The notes below the pieces were generated by a model that was not told the origin of the DNA, searched no databases, and worked only from the letters and a program-made list of their open reading frames with translations. The translations under genes and the position numbers were made by a program. A DNA stretch of 64,000 bases from Verrucomicrobiota bacterium (GTDB lineage Bacteria; Verrucomicrobiota; Kiritimatiellia; CAIQIC01; JAGNIJ01). Positions 42,425 through 50,134 of the stretch are shown in pieces (the stretch's first letter is position 1; every line of letters starts with the position of its first letter). The stretch spans positions 67,190 to 131,189 of the forward strand of contig JAKLGK010000010.1 in assembly GCA_022710725.1 (NCBI GenBank), given 5' to 3'.

Positions 42425-42522
42425 AGTAATAGTAGCGCAGGATAAAACGCCCTGTAGTGCCGATCGTAACCAGGCGATCAAAACCGTGATCAGGCTGGAG
42501 GCGGGGTTGCGCTACTATTACT
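42425..42522. promoter_or_regulatory. 15-bp perfect inverted repeat flanking three clustered GATC sites in the divergent RHH/HTH intergenic region
   Basis: AGTAATAGTAGCGCA (42425-42439) and TGCGCTACTATTACT (42508-42522) are reverse complements. GATC occurs at 42462, 42476 and 42488. Confidence 0.55.
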
Positions 42523-42618
42523 GGTCACAAAAAAGTGCGGGGTGGCGGTCGAATTTACTTCCAAAAATGGCTCTGGCCTGATATGCTATTCCTCGAAATC
42601 ATAGACGGAGGTGATAAA

Positions 42619-42933
42619 ATGATTGCCCAAGCTGAAAAAACGATAGCCTCGGTAAACCAGGAAGACGTTAGGCCACGGGAACTGTGTTTACCCGTGTTTA
42701 CAAGAACGTCCCATGGTACAGATTCAAACCTAGACCGCCTCAAGCTTTTAATGACTTTATTTTCGCTTTCGCAGGCGGACCTTTGTCGTGCCAGTGGATT
42801 TTCCCGCCCATTTCTTAGCCGTTTGTTGTCAGGCGACCTTGTGGGGAGTGAACGATTCTGGCTGAAGCTGAACTCTCGCTTGCTGGATCTCCTGTCCAAA
42901 ACCGGTACTTGGTGCTCGGTCTTCAAAGTCTAG
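42619..42933 (+). CDS. XRE-like helix-turn-helix protein
   Basis: Start at the ATG at 42619, preceded by GGAGGTG. LSQADLCRASGFSRPFLSRLLSG is a classic HTH_XRE pattern. Confidence 0.65.
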   Translation: MIAQAEKTIASVNQEDVRPRELCLPVFTRTSHGTDSNLDRLKLLMTLFSLSQADLCRASGFSRPFLSRLLSGDLVGSERFWLKLNSRLLDLLSKTGTWCSVFKV

Positions 42934-42941
42934 GCGCGGAC

Positions 42942-43433
42942 ATGATGACCTGCCGTATCGAGTCGTGGTTACGCCAGCACTTCCCGCCAGAGATATCAGA
43001 TGACGTGAAGGAGCATTTCGATATCATCCCCAAAGTCGCTGCTTTCGACGGCATATCTTTTGGCCCACGCTTGAACTTCCTTGTGGGTGAAAGTGGCTCT
43101 GGTCGGACACGACTGCTGGAAAGGCTGAAAACTTCTGCTGGAATCATCGAACTTCCAGCACCGCCGCCCGTATCTTTCACAGCCATGAGCCACGGGCAGG
43201 TCGTTTTTACAGTAGGCATGCTTCTTGTGAAATCCACGACCCAAAAAACGGCCCTCTTGGTTGACGACATCTTATTCATGCTCGATGACCGCCTCGCCGA
43301 GCAATTCCTTGTGGGGGTGGTCGCGAGCAATAAGCAGGCGATACTGACAGTGACGCTGGGGGAGATGGAAAGGGCGGAGAGGTTGATGCGGAAAGCGGGC
43401 GTAAGTGGGTACGGCATCGTCTGGCAGAAGTAA
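42942..43433 (+). CDS. minimal ABC/SMC-like ATPase domain protein with degenerate Walker A
   Basis: FGPRLNFLVGESGSGRTRLLE (Walker A with Arg in place of Lys), MSHGQ (signature-like), ALLVDDILFMLDD (Walker B/D-loop). Only 163 aa. Confidence 0.5.
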   Translation: MMTCRIESWLRQHFPPEISDDVKEHFDIIPKVAAFDGISFGPRLNFLVGESGSGRTRLLERLKTSAGIIELPAPPPVSFTAMSHGQVVFTVGMLLVKSTTQKTALLVDDILFMLDDRLAEQFLVGVVASNKQAILTVTLGEMERAERLMRKAGVSGYGIVWQK

Positions 43434-44126
43434 GGGCCGGGCTTGAATCTGTATCTGGGCCGCAGTCATTCGGGGAAAAACTTGAGCCCCATGATTCTTC
43501 TCCGCACCGAGCCTGATTTCCGTTTTCTAAGCCAGCATTTCCCTGCCAAATCCCGTATACCATACCTGATGCTAGGGCCTGCGCATATCCGGCTAGTACT
43601 GAATCGCCAGGAGCACCTTAAACACGAGGGATATCGCAGTTTAGTCTTGCAACCCGAGGCCCCTTGGTTTAGCCTCACGCCTATAGCAAGGAGATTATAT
43701 TTCATCCGAGTTAAGGGCGGGGTAATGTGTTAGGGGCGGGGAGTGTAAACGCTGTCCTGCATACCGTTGAGAGTGACTGGAGAAACGACGAAGAAAAAGG
43801 AGGATGCAGAAATAGCAGTCGAACGTATATCCCTCAGTTTCGCTATTGAGGACGCTCGTTCACGCTAGCTGCTCAAAGGGCAGGCGTTGAATACAGATAC
43901 GCCATCCAGTTACACCGACATGTCAGCCAAGAATGCCTGGGACAACAAGTGGAAGACAAATTGCCGCGAGCGCACCAAAGGATGTGATGGTGTTAAGTGA
44001 AGAACACATGTACATCGCTGTGATGAATTCCAAGGCCTGCCTGCTTACTGCACTTGGATACCATTACTGGCGTTTGAGGCAAAAGCAAAGAAGATCTAAC
44101 GCACGCACACAGCCCTGGAGGCCCTA

Positions 44127-45641
44127 ATGCTAACAAAGAGGGAACAATCCAACCTGGAGACCCATGTTCTTGGGATTTTCCAGACCGTCGTTCTGCCAGA
44201 GATCACACCCGGAGGAGCCGTCCTCACGCGAGAAGCGGACGGAAGGGTCATCGAAGATTATGTGGCGACCCATCACCTGGTCGAATTATGTGTTGAGGTT
44301 GACGCCACTCTTTTCAAGCAGATTATTCATACCGCTTGCCAATGGTTTGCAAAAACACATGGCAACCCTCACAACCCATTTATGGTCACAACTCTTGCGC
44401 GAGCGGGCGCCTTTAATGATACGACGAGGGACGACATTGCAAAGGCCATCCTCGCGAAGCAGAAGCCAAGCGGCTTCTTTGAGCTATACTCCGGCTTTCT
44501 TGATGGGGGAAATATCTTCTCTACCCTTTGGGCGATTCGTATTCTTCAATTGCTCGGCCGACACGAAGCGACCTCGCCACCTATCCGCAAGGCGCTGAAT
44601 GCAATTGAAGGTCAGTGGGAGGATGTTCATCGTACATCGTTCAAGGGTTTCTTCTTTGAATTGCGACATGTGCCGTCTCATGGCAAGCGGCCATCTGCCG
44701 CAGCCACGAAACTTCTGACGGAGATCATCAAGGCACAGGCTGACAACGGCTTATGGGATGGTGAGGCGTTATATACGGCGTACGTATTGGGCAACCTGAC
44801 GAAAACTCCGTGGGAGCCAACATCTACCCAGCAATTTGCGGAAGACCATGCACTGAAGGCACTGTTCAGTCTTCGAGATTCCCCGCAGTCGCTACCGTCA
44901 GTGTTTCTTAAGGCGCGTAAGAAGTACCACGAATCAACATACCTACAACTGTGCTTTCGCTCACTCATTAGTTCTATCCGCTACCTTCGCATGCGATGCG
45001 GCAAAGATATGTCTCATGCAATTGCGTCAGTAGTAATGGGGTCGTTTCCTACGATCTACCACACAGCTCAACGTCTGGGGGCCGAACTTAAGCGGATGGA
45101 CGCTCAATATGGGGCTATACAAGCGCAGTTCTCTCATCTCGACCCATCCGCAAGCGTCCTGTTGAAAGAAAGTCCATATGAAAGAAACGTGTTTGTGATG
45201 ATGCCATTTCGAAAGGATCGCGACGAGCGCTATGAGCGAATCGAGAGTATTATCAGGCAAGAGCTCAAGAAGCACGGGTTCACTGCGTGGTTGGCCTCGG
45301 ACAAGACGGTAGCCCCTCAACTGTGGGATAACGTCGCTTCATTCCTTCTGGCGTGTAAGTACGGTATAGCCGTGTTTACTCGTATAGAGAAAGAAAGCAC
45401 TATACAGGAGGAGTTCAATCCGAACGTTTCGCTTGAACTCGGCTTCTGTCTGTCACGCGGGCGTAGCGTCCTTATTCTGAAGGACTCCTTCTTGCCACGA
45501 TTGCAGACAGACCTCATTGGCTATCTATACAAGCAATTCGACCTCAACCAAGTTACAAGGCAACTACCGCGGATTGTTCGTGCTTGGATACGAGATATTC
45601 TCAAAGCAGAGGAATGCGCAAAGAAGCAACCAACAAAATAA
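44127..45641 (+). CDS. fusion protein: N-terminal alpha/alpha-toroid (prenyltransferase/terpene-cyclase-like repeats) + C-terminal TIR/nucleoside 2-deoxyribosyltransferase-like domain
   Basis: Toroid-type repeats: KPSGFFELYSG..NIFSTLWAIRILQLLG and ADNGLWDGEALYTAYVLGNL. The C-terminal flavodoxin-like pattern is NVFVMMPFRKD...FTAWLASD...ACKYGIAVFT...NPNVSLELGFCLSRGRSVLIL. Confidence 0.6.
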   Translation: MLTKREQSNLETHVLGIFQTVVLPEITPGGAVLTREADGRVIEDYVATHHLVELCVEVDATLFKQIIHTACQWFAKTHGNPHNPFMVTTLARAGAFNDTTRDDIAKAILAKQKPSGFFELYSGFLDGGNIFSTLWAIRILQLLGRHEATSPPIRKALNAIEGQWEDVHRTSFKGFFFELRHVPSHGKRPSAAATKLLTEIIKAQADNGLWDGEALYTAYVLGNLTKTPWEPTSTQQFAEDHALKALFSLRDSPQSLPSVFLKARKKYHESTYLQLCFRSLISSIRYLRMRCGKDMSHAIASVVMGSFPTIYHTAQRLGAELKRMDAQYGAIQAQFSHLDPSASVLLKESPYERNVFVMMPFRKDRDERYERIESIIRQELKKHGFTAWLASDKTVAPQLWDNVASFLLACKYGIAVFTRIEKESTIQEEFNPNVSLELGFCLSRGRSVLILKDSFLPRLQTDLIGYLYKQFDLNQVTRQLPRIVRAWIRDILKAEECAKKQPTK

Positions 45642-45651
45642 TCCGGCGCAC

Positions 45652-45676
45652 AGTGAGCCCGCGGCGGGTTCACTGC
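45652..45676 (+). terminator. hairpin after the 504-aa gene (possible intrinsic terminator)
   Basis: CAGTGAGCCC-gcggc-GGGTTCACTG (10-bp stem including one G-U pair), followed by ccgcTGATTTGTG. Read by eye. Confidence 0.4.
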
Positions 45677-45807
45677 CGCTGATTTGTGACGTTGGCTTGA
45701 GATATCTGTTACTGAAATAGTGGGACGTTATGATGTGCTTGGCGGAGTTTTAGAGGAAAACGGATTAGGAAGCAAACCATGGCGTTCTGCCAAGGCTGTA
45801 GAAATCA

Positions 45808-47157
45808 ATGACAAAGAACCTGCACAGGAAAGCCGTCAGGGGCCAAGAAGGTGTCAACCTCGTAGAGAGGGTTGTTCTGGATATGAAGTCCAGATGGACG
45901 CCAAGCGGCCCTAACGAGGTTGGCATCGATGGTTTCATCGAACTGTTTGATTCGACGACTGGCAAGCCAACGGGCAAGAACATAGCGGTTCAATCAAAGG
46001 CCCTGGCCGCTCTTTGCCGGAAGGGCACCGACACCATCGAGTACTGGTGTGACCGCCGAGACATCGAGTACTGGTTGCGGCAGAATCTTCCAGTGATTCT
46101 CGTTGTCTCAAACCCAGATACTCCGGAGGCGTACTGGGCATGTATTCACGACCGGTTCCCGGATTACTCGCGACATGTGTCGCCGAAGATTCAATTTGAC
46201 GTTAAAGCCGACGCATTCTCCGCTTCAGCATGGGCTGCATTGCGCGGGCTGCGCACCCCGAAGATTGGCGGGAAGACCTTCATTGAAGCTTGCCAGCCCG
46301 GAACTGAACGAGCCGTCTCAAATCTCTTTCCTCTGCGTCGTTTTAGCGGCACGATCTATCATGGAATGACGGATATGCGTTATCCCATCGATGTGTGGCG
46401 ATCACTTCGCGAGGCTGCTGATTTCAACGATGGTGCCTGGGTGCTCCATGACAAGGGAGTATTCTCTTTTGCTGACCTCAAATCGCCGGAGTGGAACGCC
46501 ATCTGTGACAAGGGAACTGTGGAGCCGTTCGATACTGCTGAGTGGGCGGACTCTAGTAATGCTGACAGCCAACGGCTTTTCGTGCAATTGCTTAATCGAG
46601 CACTGAAATCGCAACTCAGTCCGAGGGTCCGTTTCTGGCCGAAACAGGATTGCTTCGCTTTTGTTGGTGGCCCTTGGACGGGTCGAGTTGTATTCCCTTA
46701 CCAGTCAGCAGAGAAAAAGAGCCATGTTACGGTTGTCGAAGAGTTCGCGCATGACACGGCCGATGGTCGGACCTTCGTCCATTACAGGCACTTAGCGTTC
46801 CGGGGGCGTTTCCGAAAACTCCAAGGCAAGTGGTTCTTGGAGGTCACTCCTACGTACCGGTTCACGCGCGACGGGAACTGGCTCTATCGATTTCACGAAG
46901 ATCAGTTGAAAGGGATCAAACGGATCGAGGGCAATAGAGCTGTTCTAAGCCAGGTCCTGGTGTGGGCTGAGTTCCTGTGTGAAACGGACGATATGTGGAC
47001 ATCCGTTCCCCGTCATCTTGAGTTCGTGCGTCCCGTTGAGATTGAGTTGCCAGCGATACTGCGGGATTCGGCATGGGGAAAACCACCGCAGCCCCCAAGC
47101 GAGGATTCTGATGATAGCATTATGGAACTTCCCTTTGGTGATGAGGTCATGTCATGA
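45808..47157 (+). CDS. DUF4365 (DREN nuclease)-APAZ protein, partner of the short pAgo
   Basis: The N-terminus has PD-(D/E)xK-like motifs (EVGIDGFIEL, NIAVQSK). The C-terminal APAZ hallmark is YRHLAFRGRFRKLQGKWFLEVTPTYRFTRDGNW. ATGA overlap with the next gene. Confidence 0.85.
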   Translation: MTKNLHRKAVRGQEGVNLVERVVLDMKSRWTPSGPNEVGIDGFIELFDSTTGKPTGKNIAVQSKALAALCRKGTDTIEYWCDRRDIEYWLRQNLPVILVVSNPDTPEAYWACIHDRFPDYSRHVSPKIQFDVKADAFSASAWAALRGLRTPKIGGKTFIEACQPGTERAVSNLFPLRRFSGTIYHGMTDMRYPIDVWRSLREAADFNDGAWVLHDKGVFSFADLKSPEWNAICDKGTVEPFDTAEWADSSNADSQRLFVQLLNRALKSQLSPRVRFWPKQDCFAFVGGPWTGRVVFPYQSAEKKSHVTVVEEFAHDTADGRTFVHYRHLAFRGRFRKLQGKWFLEVTPTYRFTRDGNWLYRFHEDQLKGIKRIEGNRAVLSQVLVWAEFLCETDDMWTSVPRHLEFVRPVEIELPAILRDSAWGKPPQPPSEDSDDSIMELPFGDEVMS

Positions 47158-48614
47158 GAGCGATCTTGCTGGAAGAACCGGAACTCGAATTTGGTGCAGG
47201 CACGCACGTGGATATTAGGTTTGGCCTAATGGAAAGCGGCCCGTTGGACCGTGATACAGATCTGGCTCCGCGTCCCTTGAAGGTTGGAGTAGTGGGAACT
47301 AAGAAGACGTGTGACGCAGCCTGCGAGTGGCTACAGAAACTGCGGGGTGAGATTCCGGCGCAGCAGACTCACCTTTCGAACTTACATCCACCTTTCCCGG
47401 GGATAGACGCATCTTCATGCTTCGGGACCGAACTGCAGATCCACGACAGGTGGATCTCTCCCGTCAGCATGCGCGAAGTAGACTCCATGATTTCCTCGTG
47501 CACTCCCGCTGAACTTGCAGAGCGATCGGTTGACCTCTTCTTGAGCCACGCGGATGATCTCGTGGATGCAGGCGGTCCGAGTGTCCTTATCGTCGCGCCT
47601 CCTCCGGAGCTGTTTGCCGCTCTTGAGTCAGATCCGAGGCCGCCAATTGACCCAGATGATCAAGAACTGGATGAAAGCACAGAGGCCACTCCCTCTGCTG
47701 CAACGCCGTGCTTCCACGATATCCTCAAAGCTAAAGGCATGCGTTTAGCCGTACCGATCCAGATGGTCCGCCCAAGGACCTATGGCATGACGGCGGGGAA
47801 CAAGAAGGGGCATAAAGGCCGGAAGACACTCCAAGACGAGGCGACGCGTGCATGGAACTTCGCCGTCGCTCTTTACTACAAGGCCGGCGGCACGCTCTGG
47901 CGCATCCCAAGGCAAACAAGCGACCTGACCGCGTGTTTTGTGGGGGTCAGCTTTTTCAAGATTCCGAACAGCAACGATGCAGCGTCAAGTGTGGCGCATG
48001 TGTTCAACGAGCGTGGCGAGGGAATCATTATTAAGGGTGGTGACGCGGCCTGGGACAAGTCTGAGCACCAGTATCACTTGTCCCGCAATGATTCCTTCGA
48101 CATTCTGTCCTCTGCACTGACGCTCTACCGTAAAGAGCATCACACCGTTCCTGCTCGCGTCATACTGCACAAGACATCGCCTTTCAGTGATGCCGAGCAG
48201 GATGGCTTCAAAGGCGCGTCGGAAAGGGAGAGGATCGCCTACACGGATTTGATACATGTCCGGCGGTCATATTCTCGGTTCTTTCGGACTGATATTTATC
48301 CGCCATTCCGTGGAACACTTGTGGAGCTAGAAGATGCCAGGGGGCTCCTCTATCTCCGGGGGAGCGTCTCCTTCTTCCAGGCATATCCGGGTCTCTATGT
48401 CCCCCGCCCTTTTGAGTTCTGTCTATGCCAGTCGGAGAATGGTGTTGAAGAAGTGGGAGAAGAGATGATGGCACTGTCTAAGCTGAACTGGAATAACACC
48501 CAGTTCGATGGTGGCGAACCAATCACTATCAGGGCAGCGCGACGTGTGGGCGATATACTGAAATGGATACCTCAAGATGTAAGCCCACGGAACGGATTCA
48601 GATTCTTCATGTGA
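47154..48614 (+). CDS. short prokaryotic Argonaute (MID-PIWI only, catalytically inactive PIWI)
   Basis: AWNFAVALYYKAGGTLWRI, ACFVGVSFF, RVILHKTSPF, MALSKLNWNNTQFDGGEPITIRAARRVG. At 486 aa there is no room for N/PAZ domains. The Asp positions are replaced (GVSF, HKTS). Confidence 0.9.
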   Translation: MRAILLEEPELEFGAGTHVDIRFGLMESGPLDRDTDLAPRPLKVGVVGTKKTCDAACEWLQKLRGEIPAQQTHLSNLHPPFPGIDASSCFGTELQIHDRWISPVSMREVDSMISSCTPAELAERSVDLFLSHADDLVDAGGPSVLIVAPPPELFAALESDPRPPIDPDDQELDESTEATPSAATPCFHDILKAKGMRLAVPIQMVRPRTYGMTAGNKKGHKGRKTLQDEATRAWNFAVALYYKAGGTLWRIPRQTSDLTACFVGVSFFKIPNSNDAASSVAHVFNERGEGIIIKGGDAAWDKSEHQYHLSRNDSFDILSSALTLYRKEHHTVPARVILHKTSPFSDAEQDGFKGASERERIAYTDLIHVRRSYSRFFRTDIYPPFRGTLVELEDARGLLYLRGSVSFFQAYPGLYVPRPFEFCLCQSENGVEEVGEEMMALSKLNWNNTQFDGGEPITIRAARRVGDILKWIPQDVSPRNGFRFFM

Positions 48615-48714
48615 AAGCATGTTACATCGAGGAAAGACAGCCACAAGGGCTTTCATGCCAACCTTGCTCGTGGGGTCGCTCGCAATAATGCCAAGCAACT
48701 GGCGTTCGACTAAC

Positions 48715-49221
48715 ATGATGAATATTAAATACATGGAATATGCGCTAGATCAAGCGCGAACAGCACTCGCCAATAATAACGTACCGATAGGCGCGGTAGT
48801 TGTACATGAGGGGTGTGTTATAGGGTGCGGCTATAATAGGGTTATGGGTGGGGATCGGTTTGGCCACGCGGAAATGATGGCCCTGCGCATGGCACATGAT
48901 GCAATAGCCGCATTGCGCATTTCAAGCAGAAGACGAGTTGAATTGTTTACGACGCTAGAACCTTGTATGATGTGCCTTGGAGCGGTCATGCAGGTAAATA
49001 TCGGGAAAGTAATTTACGCATTAAAGGCCCCAACTGATGGAGCTACGCATATGGCTGGGCCGCAGGTGGTCCATAGTGCACAGATCATGAAGTTCTATAC
49101 GCCGCCGATTGTTGAGAAGGGTGGCGGTGAGTCAGAGAGTAGACAGCTACTAAAGAAATTCTATACTGAACATTCTGCTCATTATCTGGGGAAGTGGGCT
49201 TTGTTATTGGCAGAGCAATGA
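48715..49221 (+). CDS. TadA/CDA-fold nucleoside (tRNA-adenosine-like) deaminase
   Basis: VPIGAVVV...GYN...HAEMMAL...TLEPCMMCLGAV zinc-binding deaminase motifs. The start is uncertain (48619, 48715 or 48733). Confidence 0.85.
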   Translation: MMNIKYMEYALDQARTALANNNVPIGAVVVHEGCVIGCGYNRVMGGDRFGHAEMMALRMAHDAIAALRISSRRRVELFTTLEPCMMCLGAVMQVNIGKVIYALKAPTDGATHMAGPQVVHSAQIMKFYTPPIVEKGGGESESRQLLKKFYTEHSAHYLGKWALLLAEQ

Positions 49222-49249
49222 TATATTCTCAAAGTGATGCGGAGACTAT

Positions 49250-49912
49250 ATGGAATCAAGGGTAACTACTTTTCGAGAATTCCACCACGAAGTATTTAAG
49301 ATAGACAATCGAGATGAAATATACAGAGGCGTGAGATGCTGTGATTACCGCCTGATCCCAAAGCTGGGCAGAATAGATCAATTCGCAAGAGGTGCGCTTG
49401 AATCCAGCGAAAGGCAAATGCTGAAATTGTTTCAGAATCAAGCATTGCCGTATTTGAATACTGTGCCTGATAATCTGTGGGAGTGGTTAGCGCTCGCACA
49501 ACATCATGGGCTGCCGACTAGGCTTCTTGACTGGACTAGAAATCCTCTTGTGGCGGCATGGTATGCGGTAGAGAGGTCGCATGATGGGGATAGTATGCTG
49601 TATTGCTATGAGAATAGAAACATAGTTGACATCGGGAGGCACAGAAACCCATTTAAAATCAAAGAAGTGGTTAAATTCATACCAAGGCATCTAACTAATC
49701 GTATCACAGTTCAAACGGGACTCTTTACATGTCATCCAAGGCCTCGTGATGAATTTAGTCCAGCCAGCATGAGAAAGATAATTATAGCAAAAGAGTTCAG
49801 GAGGGAATTGAAAAACATACTCTGGAAATATGGCGTGCACAGATTCTCGCTGTTTCCAGATTTAGATGGTCTGTGCCGACATATTCAATGGCTTAGAACA
49901 ATCACACACTAG
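49250..49912 (+). CDS. FRG domain protein
   Basis: IYRGV...LIPKLGR...WEWLALAQHHGLPTRLLDWTRNPLVAAWYA matches the FRG-domain signature as I remember it. Confidence 0.8.
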   Translation: MESRVTTFREFHHEVFKIDNRDEIYRGVRCCDYRLIPKLGRIDQFARGALESSERQMLKLFQNQALPYLNTVPDNLWEWLALAQHHGLPTRLLDWTRNPLVAAWYAVERSHDGDSMLYCYENRNIVDIGRHRNPFKIKEVVKFIPRHLTNRITVQTGLFTCHPRPRDEFSPASMRKIIIAKEFRRELKNILWKYGVHRFSLFPDLDGLCRHIQWLRTITH

Positions 49913-50134
49913 GGCCGCGCCTGAACTGAGATGCGAAATCAAGGCGGCTAACAATCAAAAATGTCTACACTGGGATCAAAGAATCAGAGCACTGCGAGCG
50001 CCTTATTCGGCTTGCCGGCAATGATATTACAGTTCCGCCGAGACAGGCAATCTATCGGCAGCAGTCTTGGTAAGTGCTGGCGAATCAGATTGCCCGCGCT
50101 GCTCCCTCGCCTCGCCGTACAGCCCAGCCTCTCC

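Noticed and set aside
42425-42522. Retron-like msr/msd ncRNA (flanking inverted repeats)
   Set aside because: No reverse transcriptase gene exists anywhere in the window. Operator, methylation-switch or origin interpretations are more economical.
43443-43733. 96-aa plus-strand ORF in the 694-bp gap
   Set aside because: It has no SD and no recognisable fold pattern, and it is basic and irregular. It is more likely non-coding.
47154-48614. A catalytically active (slicing) long Argonaute
   Set aside because: The protein is only 486 aa with no N/PAZ region. The PIWI Asp positions read GVSF and HKTS instead of GxDV and RDG.
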